The notes under the pieces are model-generated. The model did no database searches and had not been told where the DNA came from. It was given only the letters and a program-made list of their open reading frames with translations. A stretch of 64,000 bases of DNA, taken from NCBI GenBank assembly GCA_046082705.1, contig JBJTYJ010000068.1, positions 714 through 64,713 of the forward strand, read 5' to 3'. The DNA is from Actinomycetota bacterium (lineage in GTDB: Bacteria > Actinomycetota > Acidimicrobiia > Acidimicrobiales > Ilumatobacteraceae). Position 1 is the first letter of the stretch; each line of letters starts with the position of its first letter. A program made the position numbers and the translations under genes. Shown in pieces: positions 9,606 through 18,447 of the stretch.

Positions 9606-11297
9606 CTACAAGTACTGGCCTGTTGCCGTGCGCTCGATGGCCTTGCCCCCGCGCGAGGCGGCATCGCCTGCGTGCTCGTTCACCAACGTACGGATGAACA
9701 CGATGCGCTCACCCTTCTTGCCCGAAATTCGAGCCCAGTCATCCGGGTTGGTCGTATTCGGCAGGTCCTCGTGTTCCTTGAACTCCTGGCGCACCGATTC
9801 GACGAGGTCGTCAAGTCGTATGCCCCGTTCTCCGCCCGCGATGACACGCTTGATGGCGAGTTTCTTGGCCCTTCGGACGATGTTTTCGATCATCGCACCC
9901 GAGGAAAAATCACGGAAGTAGAGAACTTCCTTGTCGCCGTTCTGGTAGGTGACTTCGAGGAATCGATTCGATTCGTCATCGCTGTACATCGCATCGACGG
10001 CGGCGTCGATCATCGAGCGCACCGCACCGTCGGCTTCGACGTCGCCCGCCGTTTCCGATGTTGCGATCGGAAGATCGGCCGTCAGATAACGCGAGAAGAT
10101 CTGCGTCGCGGCCGCCTTGTCGGGACGTTCGATCTTGATCTTCACATCGAGGCGTCCGGGACGAAGGATTGCGGGGTCGATGAGGTCTTCGCGGTTCGTC
10201 GCCCCGATGACGATCACGTTGCGGAGTCCTTCGACTCCGTCGATCTCGGCGAGCAACTGTGGCACGATCGTCGACTCCATATCGCTGCTGATGCCGCTTC
10301 CACGGGTGCGGAACATCGAGTCCATCTCGTCGAAGAAGACGATGACCGGCCAACCCTCTTCGCTCTTTTCCCGCGCACGCTGGAAGATGAGGCGAATCTG
10401 GCGTTCGGTCTCGCCGACGTATTTGTTGAGAAGCTCGGGTCCCTTCACGTTGATGAAATAGCTGCGCCCCTTTGCGTCCCCTTGCTTGGCTGCGACCTTC
10501 TTCGCGAGGCTGTTTGCGACGGCTTTGGCGATGAGCGTCTTACCGCATCCGGGTGGGCCGTAGAGAAGCACACCCTTCGGTGCGGGCAGTCTGTGTTCGG
10601 CAAAGAGGTCGCCGTAGAGGAAAGGCAGTTCGACGGCATCGGCGATCAACTCGATTTGCGAGTCGAGCCCTCCGATGTCGGCGTAGTCGATGTCGGGTAC
10701 CTCTTCGAGGAGCAGATCCTCGACATCCGGCTGCGGAAGCTTTTCGAGAAGCAACGCCGAACGTGGGTCGAGACGCAACAGGTCACCGGATCGCAGGTGG
10801 ACGCCGCGCAAAGCGTCGGCCAGCTCGCAAATGCGTTCATCGTCGCCCCGCACGGTCACGACGGCGCGTACCCCGTCGTCGCATACCTCCTTCAGCGAAA
10901 CGACCTCCCCCGAGCCCTCGGGTGTTCGTGCCAGAACGACGTTGAGGCTTTCGTTCAACACGACTTCCGCACCACGTGCAACCGTCTCGAAGTCGATGTC
11001 AGGGTGAAGGTGAACCCGCATCTTGCGGCCGCTCGTGAGGATGTCGACCGTCTCGTCGTCGTTCTTGCCCACGATCACCCCGTACGCCGACGGCGGCTGC
11101 GAGAGTTTGTCGACCTCTTCGCGCAGTTGGGCGATGTGCTCGCGCGCCTCGCGAAGGGTGTACGAGAGTTTTTCGTTCTGGGCATTCTTGTGGGCGAGCT
11201 GGCTCTTCGCCTCAAGCAATTGTGCCTCGAGGCGCACGGCTCGACCGTCGCCGCGCTCGCCTTCGTCGTTCTGCCCGTCCTGTTGACCAGCAGACAT
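9606..11297 (-). CDS. arc: Proteasome-associated AAA ATPase ARC/Mpa
   Basis: N-terminal coiled coil, OB region, Walker A GPPGCGKT, Walker [10 protein letters not shown]. The C-terminal ...TGQYL is the proteasome-docking motif. GGAGG lies upstream of the ATG. Confidence 0.93.
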   Translation of the reverse strand: MSAGQQDGQNDEGERGDGRAVRLEAQLLEAKSQLAHKNAQNEKLSYTLREAREHIAQLREEVDKLSQPPSAYGVIVGKNDDETVDILTSGRKMRVHLHPDIDFETVARGAEVVLNESLNVVLARTPEGSGEVVSLKEVCDDGVRAVVTVRGDDERICELADALRGVHLRSGDLLRLDPRSALLLEKLPQPDVEDLLLEEVPDIDYADIGGLDSQIELIADAVELPFLYGDLFAEHRLPAPKGVLLYGPPGCGKTLIAKAVANSLAKKVAAKQGDAKGRSYFINVKGPELLNKYVGETERQIRLIFQRAREKSEEGWPVIVFFDEMDSMFRTRGSGISSDMESTIVPQLLAEIDGVEGLRNVIVIGATNREDLIDPAILRPGRLDVKIKIERPDKAAATQIFSRYLTADLPIATSETAGDVEADGAVRSMIDAAVDAMYSDDESNRFLEVTYQNGDKEVLYFRDFSSGAMIENIVRRAKKLAIKRVIAGGERGIRLDDLVESVRQEFKEHEDLPNTTNPDDWARISGKKGERIVFIRTLVNEHAGDAASRGGKAIERTATGQYL

Positions 11298-11476
11298 TCT
11301 GCACCTCCGTCCTCACGAAGTCCTGCCTTTCTCTATCACTTCCCACGGATGGTTCTGCGACCACGAGGGAAAGAGGGATCATTGCCCCCTGCAAAAGGTG
11401 ACCAGCCAGGAAGTGTCCGGTGCAGCGGCTGCGTGTAGAGTCGGGGCGCAAGTCGGAGCCACAGAAGGAGCAGTCA

Positions 11477-11722
11477 ATGAAGGTCTGGATCGATCAGGAT
11501 CTGTGCACGGGCGATGGCCTCTGCGAGGAGATCGCACCGGATGTCTTCACGCTTCTCGACGACGGCTTGGCCTACGTGAAGGAAGGCGGCAAGATTTTCG
11601 CTACGGCCAAGGGAAACCCCCAGGGCGCCGAGGGTCTCGCCAACTTCCCCGACAGCATGATCGATGCAGTCGTTGAATCTGCCGAGGAATGCCCCGGCGA
11701 GTGCATCTTCATCGAGCCGTGA
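11477..11722 (+). CDS. Small single-cluster ferredoxin
   Basis: MKVWIDQDLCTGDGLCEEIAPDVF ... AEECPGECIFIEP (Cys ligand pattern). GAAGGAG lies upstream of the ATG at 11477. The ORF-track start at 11420 is probably too long. Confidence 0.8.
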   Translation: MKVWIDQDLCTGDGLCEEIAPDVFTLLDDGLAYVKEGGKIFATAKGNPQGAEGLANFPDSMIDAVVESAEECPGECIFIEP

Positions 11723-11730
11723 TCCTGCGC

Positions 11731-11760
11731 CCCTGATTCCGTAATCCGGAGTCAGGGTTT
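11731..11760. terminator. Candidate intrinsic terminator hairpin between convergent ferredoxin and trmI
   Basis: ccctgattccg / taatc / cggagtcaggg gives an 11-bp stem (one G-U pair) with a 5-nt loop, followed by ttt on the plus strand. The right arm overlaps the trmI stop codon. Confidence 0.4.
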
Positions 11761-12546
11761 CTCGATCAGTCGCGCAGCAGTGAGGAACCCTGTGTGCGCA
11801 ACCATGCGGTGATCGGGTCGAACTGCCTGTCCGTCGATGTGCCATGTTCTGTGCAGAACCTCGAGGGTGCGTAGGCCCGTCCACGCGTCACCGAGCGCCG
11901 AGCGCACCTGCATTGCCTGCGTGATTGACGGCGTATAGGCCACGAGAACACCACCACGGCGCAATGCGCCGACCGCGTGTTCGACCACGAGCCAAGGCTC
12001 GGGAAGGTCGAGAACCACCCGGTCGAAATCGTTGCCATCGATTCCGTCGTAGCAGTTGCGGAGATGGACGTCATAGCACCGCAACGCAGATTCGCCGAGG
12101 AAGGACCTCACGTTGGCCCTGGCGCGGTTGGCAAAGTCTTCACGCAGCTCGTACCCGGTGATTGAGGCCCCCGCGCGCAGCATCGCCATCGACAAGGCGC
12201 CGGACCCCACGCCCGACTCGAGAACCCGTACGCCCGGGCGGATGTCCGCGATCATCAGAATCGTCGCGAGATCCTTCGGATAGATCACCTGGGCACCGCG
12301 GGGCATCTCCACGACGAAGTCTTCGAGGGTCGGCCGCAGCACCACGTAGCGAGCACCCTTGGTGGAAATGACCTCGGTGCCGTCGGGACAACCGACAACG
12401 GCATCGTGGGGAACGAATCCGGCGTGGCTGTGGAATTCCCCGCAGTCGACGAGGTCGACGAGGTAACGACGTTCCTTGCGGTCGACGAACATCACCTTCT
12501 CGCCCAGGGCGAAGGTGTCCGCGTTTGCGGTCGGATCGATGTTCAT
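11752..12546 (-). CDS. trmI: tRNA (adenine58-N1)-methyltransferase TrmI
   Basis: GCD14/TrmI-like sequence: PRGAQVIYPKDLATILMIADIRPGVRVLESGVGSGALS. Mycobacteria have the same neighbourhood near arc/mpa (Rv2118c). Confidence 0.88.
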   Translation of the reverse strand: MNIDPTANADTFALGEKVMFVDRKERRYLVDLVDCGEFHSHAGFVPHDAVVGCPDGTEVISTKGARYVVLRPTLEDFVVEMPRGAQVIYPKDLATILMIADIRPGVRVLESGVGSGALSMAMLRAGASITGYELREDFANRARANVRSFLGESALRCYDVHLRNCYDGIDGNDFDRVVLDLPEPWLVVEHAVGALRRGGVLVAYTPSITQAMQVRSALGDAWTGLRTLEVLHRTWHIDGQAVRPDHRMVAHTGFLTAARLIEKP

Positions 12547-12701
12547 CGCGACTCGAGGTCGATCACGGCGCGGCGCGTACGTGCAGTCACGACACGCGGC
12601 GCGGGTGTGCCGAGAAAGCGTCGCGCCAACCGACCGACGAGAATCGACTTGGCGAACTTGGATGATCGACGCGCGAGTGAGGCCACGATACGTCGACGCA
12701 T
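12543..12701 (-). CDS. Possible very basic small ORF upstream of trmI (uncertain)
   Basis: Its stop overlaps the trmI ATG (ATGA). Product is MRRRIVASLARRSSKFAKSILVGRLARRFLG..., extremely Arg-rich, which is also what spurious ORFs look like in high-GC DNA. The longer 87-aa form would overlap the upstream gene. Confidence 0.25.
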   Translation of the reverse strand: MRRRIVASLARRSSKFAKSILVGRLARRFLGTPAPRVVTARTRRAVIDLESR

Positions 12702-12765
12702 CGGAACTCGTCCGATGACGAGACCCGCAACGAACGAAAGACGGCGGACCTTCTTCGAGACCACG

Positions 12766-12978
12766 TCAGCGCCTGAAATCGACGCGGGTGGCGCGGCGCG
12801 ATCCACGACGCCTGCCGAAGAGATACGAAACGACCATCAGCACCACTGCGGCGGCACCAGCGACGGCGACGATGGTCTGCTTCTTGTTCTCGACACGACC
12901 TTGGATGTCGTCCTGGAGGCTCTTGAACCTGCGCTCGAGGTCGTCCTTCGAAATCTTGCGGTCGCTACTCTGTTCCAT
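12766..12978 (-). CDS. Small tail-anchored membrane protein (charged N-terminal helix plus C-terminal TM)
   Basis: 70 aa. KISKDDLERRFKSLQDDIQGRVENKK is followed by the TM helix IVAVAGAAAVVLMVVSYLF and a basic tail. The architecture resembles DUF3618 or ElaB-type proteins (from memory). Confidence 0.55.
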   Translation of the reverse strand: MEQSSDRKISKDDLERRFKSLQDDIQGRVENKKQTIVAVAGAAAVVLMVVSYLFGRRRGSRRATRVDFRR

Positions 12979-12990
12979 TGCCCCTCCAAC

Positions 12991-13293
12991 CTAAAGGCGC
13001 GGCCGGCGCACCTGAAAAAGTGCAATACCGACCACGACCATCGCAAAAACGGTGCCGAAAACGTACGGAACGAAAGACCACGCGCCATCGAACACGTCGG
13101 ACGACAGGTCCTGCACGAGACGCAGCAACCCGAGAGCGACGAGAACCATCCCGACGGAAACGAGGGTCATCGACACGACGCCCCAGAGAATCCAACGTCC
13201 CGCCCCGCGCAAGGGCTCAATGGTCTCTTGGCGCGCATATGCGACAACCATGTCAACGATCTCTGCGTCGCGCATACGGGACTCCGAAGCCAT
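12991..13293 (-). CDS. Small two-TM membrane protein, phage-holin-family-like
   Basis: 100 aa. YARQETIEPLRGAGRW is followed by two hydrophobic helices. It resembles actinobacterial proteins annotated as phage holin family (from memory). Confidence 0.55.
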   Translation of the reverse strand: MASESRMRDAEIVDMVVAYARQETIEPLRGAGRWILWGVVSMTLVSVGMVLVALGLLRLVQDLSSDVFDGAWSFVPYVFGTVFAMVVVGIALFQVRRPRL

Positions 13294-13332
13294 GTCCCAA
13301 GTGTCGCAGCGAAGCGCGTCTTTTGCACCCTC

Positions 13333-14745
13333 TCAGCCGGCGCCGAGAACCCGCACCTGGCCCGCCGTCGGACCGGTTGGGTACGTCGCTACCGCACGTG
13401 CGAGGGCTTCCCACAACGGCCTGTAATTGCCCTGGTCGGCCCATCCGGCCCCGTTCAGGAAAAGCGCGAAGAGGACCTCGTCAGTCGTGCCCACCGGAAG
13501 GACTCCCCCGAGGGTCTTCACGTTGAGGAGCGTGCCCGTTTTACCGAGCAGCTTGCCTGCCACGGGCGAATCCGTGAGCACGTCCTTCAAAGTTCCGGTG
13601 CGTCCGGCAACCGCGAGACCCTTCTTCAGACTTCCTCCGATCGGGCTGCGCTCGAGCAGTTCGACGAGCGTTGCGCAGGTCATTCGATTGCCACGTGACA
13701 AACCCGAGCCGTCCTTGACCGTCACTCCTTCGATACCCCACGCCTTCAGAACGTCGCGAACGACGGCGAGACCCGCTCCCGTCGTGGGCTGCAATGAGCG
13801 GCTGAGGCCGATGTGTCGCACCAGAACTTCCGCGGTGTTGTTGTCGCTGTTGGTGAGCATCTCACCCACCACCGATGCGACCGGGGCCGACGAGATTTCG
13901 GCGATCGTCGCATCGGGCGGTGCCGTCTTTGCTTCTCGAGCGTCGCCCGCAACGGTGATACCGCGTGCGCGCAACAAACGGGTGAACTCCTCGGCGGCCG
14001 CAACTGCGGGGTTATCGGGTTTCAGCGGATTCCCGACAACAACCCCATCGTTGACCATGAGCCCGCCGAGCGGTCCGGCTTCGGTTCCCCTGATTCCCGA
14101 TGACCAGTCGTCGAGGTAGCGATCGTCATCGAGGTACGACTCGTCCCCGACCACGCTGCCGGTCACAGAGGTGACACCTGCAGCCTTCACCTTGTCGGCA
14201 AGGTCGTCGAGAAGCGTTGGTGACGTCGTCGGATAGCGCTCGGTAGCGAGATATTCGCGGCTCACCAGCAGTGGGTCGCCCCCTCCGACAAGGAACATGT
14301 CGCCTGCGACGGACCCGTTCTCGACCTGGCCGACGACCCGTGTCGTGAATCGGGTTTCGGCGGGAAGGACGTCGAGAGCGACTGCCGCAGTTGCAATCTT
14401 CTGGTTGCTCGCGGGCACAAGAACCTTGTCGGAGGACTTCGTAACGACGATTCGTCCGCCCGCATCGACCCGTACGCAAGCCGACGAGGGCAGTTTGCCG
14501 AGAATCGGTGAAAGTTCGTTGCGAAGGTTCCGCGTCGCGATGTCGGCAGCCAACGTGTCGGCGGCACGGCGCACACTCATGACGGGGGTGATGATGTAAG
14601 AGACAGGCTTCGCCTCACGACCATCGGTGCGAGTTGCGAGTGAATGCCCTGCGTACCACAGCACCGCCAGCGGGGCCGCGCCAACGGCGCCGATGATCGC
14701 GACGACCAATCCGGGTCGACGAGCGCGACGCCTGCGTTTGGTCAT
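13333..14745 (-). CDS. dacB: D-alanyl-D-alanine carboxypeptidase/endopeptidase (PBP4, peptidase S13)
   Basis: PASNQK (SxxK), TNSDNNTAE (SxN) and GKTGTL (KTG) motifs. Basic N-terminus plus a TM anchor. The ATG at 14745 overlaps the upstream stop (ATGA). The ORF-track start at 14817 is probably too long. Confidence 0.85.
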   Translation of the reverse strand: MTKRRRRARRPGLVVAIIGAVGAAPLAVLWYAGHSLATRTDGREAKPVSYIITPVMSVRRAADTLAADIATRNLRNELSPILGKLPSSACVRVDAGGRIVVTKSSDKVLVPASNQKIATAAVALDVLPAETRFTTRVVGQVENGSVAGDMFLVGGGDPLLVSREYLATERYPTTSPTLLDDLADKVKAAGVTSVTGSVVGDESYLDDDRYLDDWSSGIRGTEAGPLGGLMVNDGVVVGNPLKPDNPAVAAAEEFTRLLRARGITVAGDAREAKTAPPDATIAEISSAPVASVVGEMLTNSDNNTAEVLVRHIGLSRSLQPTTGAGLAVVRDVLKAWGIEGVTVKDGSGLSRGNRMTCATLVELLERSPIGGSLKKGLAVAGRTGTLKDVLTDSPVAGKLLGKTGTLLNVKTLGGVLPVGTTDEVLFALFLNGAGWADQGNYRPLWEALARAVATYPTGPTAGQVRVLGAG

Positions 14746-15836
14746 CGGTTCCTGAACTGTGCGTAGCGCACCATGTGTGCGAGTGCCGCAACGGCACGGT
14801 TTCCGGTCGGAAAGCAATAGCGACCCGAATCACGCACCGCGCGTGGGCCCGGATTGTCGGGGTCCGCGATGGCGAGTTCGGTTGCCACGAGGATCGGCTT
14901 GCCGGTCTCGGTCGACAGTTCGGCGGCCGCTTCTGCGAATCGCGCGTCTTGTCGCTCGTGGTACGCGACGATGCGTTCGAGACCATGGTCCGGGTAGAAC
15001 GAGCCCTCGCGCATGAGTCGAGCCTGGTTCGACTGGATACCGATGCCGAGATAGATCACGGCATCGACACCGGGATGTCGCGCAATGAGGCCGAGAACCT
15101 CGGGGATCGTGTCACGTGTTTCGCCACCCGCACAGTCGACAGGGTTCCCTTTGCTCCAGCGCGGTGGCAGCTTCTCGTCGATTGCGGCGCGGAGGTCGTC
15201 GGGCAGGGCAACGAGGCTGAGCTCGGGTCGCTGGAACAGCGCATCAGAGGTGACGACCCCCCATCCGCCCGCCGTCGTGAGGATCACCGTTCGTCCTCCG
15301 CGCGGGAGGGGTTGGGTTGCGAAACACGCTGCGGTGTCGAACGCCTCTTCGACTGAGGCAGCCCGCACGAGGCCCGCTGCGCGACAGGCGCCATCGAACA
15401 CCTTGTCGTTCGCCGCAAGGGCGCCGGTGTGGCTTGCGGCGGCCTTGGCGCCGGCTTCGGTGGCGCCACCCTTGACGATGACGAGGGGCATGCGGCGCGA
15501 AACACCGCCGAGCTGTTGCATGAGTTCGCGACCGTTCGTGATGCCCTCGAGATATGCAAGACCAACCGAGGTCGCCGAGTCGGTCGCGTACCACTCGAGA
15601 TAGTCGGCCACCGACACGCTTGCAGCGTTGCCGGCCGACACGGCACGACTCACCCCGACACCACTTTGACGGGCGTAATTCAGGAACGACGACACGAAGT
15701 TGCCGCTTTGACTCGCGACACCGATCCGACCGACAGGCGGGTAAGGCGCCACGATCTGCGCACACAATTGCGCCGGCGTGCTGACGACTCCCTGGCCGTT
15801 CGGACCGGCGAGGAGAATGTCGAGTTCATCGGCCAA
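14742..15836 (-). CDS. ADP-forming acyl-CoA synthetase, C-terminal part (ligase-CoA domains with phosphohistidine loop)
   Basis: LAGPNGQGV, VASQSGNF and AAASHTGALAAND (phospho-His loop). It begins only 5 codons after an in-frame TAA that ends the upstream ORF. Confidence 0.8.
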   Translation of the reverse strand: MADELDILLAGPNGQGVVSTPAQLCAQIVAPYPPVGRIGVASQSGNFVSSFLNYARQSGVGVSRAVSAGNAASVSVADYLEWYATDSATSVGLAYLEGITNGRELMQQLGGVSRRMPLVIVKGGATEAGAKAAASHTGALAANDKVFDGACRAAGLVRAASVEEAFDTAACFATQPLPRGGRTVILTTAGGWGVVTSDALFQRPELSLVALPDDLRAAIDEKLPPRWSKGNPVDCAGGETRDTIPEVLGLIARHPGVDAVIYLGIGIQSNQARLMREGSFYPDHGLERIVAYHERQDARFAEAAAELSTETGKPILVATELAIADPDNPGPRAVRDSGRYCFPTGNRAVAALAHMVRYAQFRNR

Positions 15837-15851
15837 CGCGACGATCTCGTC

Positions 15852-16919
15852 TTAGAGCTTGCGACCCTCGTCGCCGGCCTCGCCGTAACCGGCGGAGGTG
15901 AGAAAGGCCGCCTTGACTCCCTTCGCTGCGCAGTCGCGCAGCAGTCCCGGGTTCGCGGTTGTCGGAGTGCACACGAAAACCAGATCGGCAAAACCATCGG
16001 GCAGGTCGCCGACGGATGCGACCGTCTTGACGCCGAGTACTTCTTCGCCCGAGAGGTTGGTTCCCCCGACACGACCCTTGTAGCCGCTCGCAAGAATGTT
16101 GTGCATCGAGACGAAGCCGAATTTGCCGGGGTGGCTCGACGCTCCCGCAACGAGCACGCCACGCGGCTCGAACAGCGCGCGAAAATGTCCGTCTCCCAAT
16201 TTCCTGTTCCGCTTCGTCGACGCGGGCGACTTGGCCGGTGTACCGACTTCAACCAATGCGTCGACCGCTACAAGGCCGCCGCTTGTGGTCACGAGGAGCG
16301 GGTTGAGGTCGACCGACAACACGTCGTCACGTTGGGCTGCGGCATCGGACAAACCCACGAGAACGCCCACGAGCGCGTCGCGTTGGACGGCGGCTTCGCC
16401 GCGGAAGGCGCCGAGCAACTTCTGGGCCTTGATTTCGTCGACCATCTCGTGGGCATCGGCCGTCGAGACGGGAACCGGTCGAAAGACCACGTCGGCGACA
16501 GCCTCTGCGAGCACACCTCCGACACCGAGCATGACGACTGGACCGAATTGTGGATCGCGTACGACGCCCGCGATGAATTCGCGGTTGCTCTTCACCATCG
16601 GTGCAATGAGGACACTGACATCACCATCCTCTGGGCGGGCGGCAGCGAACAGTTCACCAACCGCCAGTGCCAGTGCAGTGGAGTCGCCGACGTTCAGGCG
16701 TACGAGGCCGCGTTCGGTCTTGTGCGCGATGCGGTCGCCGTTCAGTTTCGCGACAACGGGAAAAGCAATCGAACGGGCTTCCAGCACACCGATCAGTTCG
16801 CCGACGGGCGAAGATGTCGACAATTCGAGTTCGGGCGGAAACGGAACTCCGAAACCCGCCAGTAAGGCCTTGCTCTCGCGCTCCGACAATGTCCGGGATG
16901 AGCGACCGTTGTTGTTCAC
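15852..16919 (-). CDS. ADP-forming acyl-CoA synthetase, N-terminal part (ATP-grasp plus CoA-binding domain)
   Basis: ATP-grasp_5-like SERESKALLAGFGVPFP...FGPVVMLGVGGVLAE...DLNPLLV, then CoA-binding PRGVLVAGASSHPGKFG...TSAGYGEAGDEGRKL. GTG start overlaps the TetR stop (GTGA). Confidence 0.8.
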   Translation of the reverse strand: MNNNGRSSRTLSERESKALLAGFGVPFPPELELSTSSPVGELIGVLEARSIAFPVVAKLNGDRIAHKTERGLVRLNVGDSTALALAVGELFAAARPEDGDVSVLIAPMVKSNREFIAGVVRDPQFGPVVMLGVGGVLAEAVADVVFRPVPVSTADAHEMVDEIKAQKLLGAFRGEAAVQRDALVGVLVGLSDAAAQRDDVLSVDLNPLLVTTSGGLVAVDALVEVGTPAKSPASTKRNRKLGDGHFRALFEPRGVLVAGASSHPGKFGFVSMHNILASGYKGRVGGTNLSGEEVLGVKTVASVGDLPDGFADLVFVCTPTTANPGLLRDCAAKGVKAAFLTSAGYGEAGDEGRKL

Positions 16920-17548
16920 GCGCCGAGACTAGTGAGCGACGGGTCCTCATCGGCGACGAGAGTGCGATGGAATGTGTCGAGGAGATGGTCGCGGCGGGCC
17001 AACAGCATCTCCGGGGCGAGCGCATCGTCGACCAGGAGTCCGTTGATGAACGGCGCATCCGAGACGTAACCGAGCAGCGTCGCGTAGGCGGTGACGAGAA
17101 GTTGACGCGCGTCGACCTTGCGGAAGTGTCCGGCCACCATCTCTTCTTCGAGCCAATTGACGGCGGCTTCGAAGAACGGAGCGACGACGCCGACAAGGTC
17201 GATGCCGAGGCGCTCACCGCCCTCGATTGCTTCGCGGCGCATGAGGCGTACGTAGGACGGGTTCTCGCAGAACAAATCGAACCCGGAGACGAGAACCGCT
17301 GAGAAACGTTCCCAACCGCGACCGGGGCTTTTCATCGATGCTTCGACCCGCTCGAGCCAGTCGGACAGCATCCGCTCGAAGACTTCGCCGTAGAGAGCGT
17401 CCTTGCTGGGAAAGTGGTGCAGCAGGCTCGGGCGTTTGATGCCCACCCCCGCGGCGATGTCGTTGAGCGACGTGCCCTCGTACCCGAACCGGGAAAACAG
17501 TTCGGTGGCTTCGTCGAGAATCACATCGCGCATCGGGCGTTGAGCCAT
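16916..17548 (-). CDS. TetR/AcrR family transcriptional regulator
   Basis: ILDEATELFSRFGYEGTSLNDIAAGVGIKRPSLLHHFPSKDALY (HTH). The ATG at 17548 is favoured over the ORF-track start at 17746. Confidence 0.85.
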   Translation of the reverse strand: MAQRPMRDVILDEATELFSRFGYEGTSLNDIAAGVGIKRPSLLHHFPSKDALYGEVFERMLSDWLERVEASMKSPGRGWERFSAVLVSGFDLFCENPSYVRLMRREAIEGGERLGIDLVGVVAPFFEAAVNWLEEEMVAGHFRKVDARQLLVTAYATLLGYVSDAPFINGLLVDDALAPEMLLARRDHLLDTFHRTLVADEDPSLTSLGA

Positions 17549-17573
17549 GTTTCGAGGGTATCCCAAAGAACTA

Positions 17574-17589
17574 CCTACTGGTCGGTAGG
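17574..17589. promoter_or_regulatory. Candidate TetR operator (inverted repeat CCTAC-N6-GTAGG) in the tetR/desaturase divergent region
   Basis: cctac tggtcg gtagg lies inside the 57-nt intergenic region. A further TAGGG copy follows at 17594-17598. Confidence 0.3.
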
Positions 17590-17605
17590 GAGATAGGGTT
17601 CTCAC

Positions 17606-18400
17606 ATGCTCGTCGGTTTCACACCAGCCCTCGCCGCGCCATCCACCTTTTGGGGGGCGGTGTTCGTCGCGTTCGTTACGGGTCTTCTCGTGACCGTCGT
17701 TGCCAACATCGCCACCACCGTTTACCTGCATCGTGCGATGTCCCATCGCGCCTTGTCACTCTCCCCGGTGGCCGCATTCGGATTTCGCTTCGTGATTTGG
17801 GTGACAACAGGCATCCGACCCCGGCAATGGGTGGCGGTGCATCGCAAGCACCACGCGTTCACCGACATCGATGGCGACCCGCATTCGCCCGTTCTGTTGG
17901 GCTGGAAGACCGTGCAGGCGAAGAACGTCGCCCTTTACCGGCGTTGCGCCAACGATTCATCGACGATTTCGCGTTACGCCAAGGACATGCCGGCCACACG
18001 AGCCGACCGCATCGCCTTCGATCGCACGATCCTCGGCCTCACGATCGGCATCACGACGCTGTGCCTCGTGTTCGGTTTGTGGGTCGGGCTTGCAGCATCT
18101 TTCGTGCACGTGAATCTCTACCTCGGTGGTTCCGCCGCAGTGAACGCGATCGGACACCACTTCGGCCGGCGCCCGTACGACAACGGCGCGGGAAACCTCC
18201 AGTGGCTGGCCTTCCTCACGGCCGGCGAGGGTTTGCACAACAACCACCACGCAGCACCGACGTCGGCGCGCCTTGCCCACCGTTGGTACGAGATCGACTA
18301 TGGCTGGTGGGTCATCAAGGTGCTGACATGGACGAGGTTGGCGCGCGTTCGGTTGAGCGAAGTCAAACTCGTTGCACCTTCGCGCCGCGCCGCGGCGTGA
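17606..18400 (+). CDS. Membrane fatty-acid (acyl-CoA/acyl-lipid) desaturase
   Basis: Three His boxes: HRAMSH, HRKHH and HNNHH. Several TM helices. Confidence 0.85.
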   Translation: MLVGFTPALAAPSTFWGAVFVAFVTGLLVTVVANIATTVYLHRAMSHRALSLSPVAAFGFRFVIWVTTGIRPRQWVAVHRKHHAFTDIDGDPHSPVLLGWKTVQAKNVALYRRCANDSSTISRYAKDMPATRADRIAFDRTILGLTIGITTLCLVFGLWVGLAASFVHVNLYLGGSAAVNAIGHHFGRRPYDNGAGNLQWLAFLTAGEGLHNNHHAAPTSARLAHRWYEIDYGWWVIKVLTWTRLARVRLSEVKLVAPSRRAAA

Positions 18401-18447
18401 CGTCGTCGAACTTTTCGCCCGACGCCCTCAATTTGTAGATTCGGGTC

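Noticed and set aside
9672-11438. 588-aa plus-strand ORF.
   Set aside because: It is antisense to arc/mpa, whose AAA motifs and QYL tail are unambiguous. It is a shadow ORF.
15852-15854. The in-frame TAA as programmed recoding (read-through, selenocysteine or pyrrolysine).
   Set aside because: Sec uses TGA and Pyl uses TAG. TAA followed by G is an efficient terminator, and no downstream structure is evident. A nonsense mutation or sequence error is simpler.
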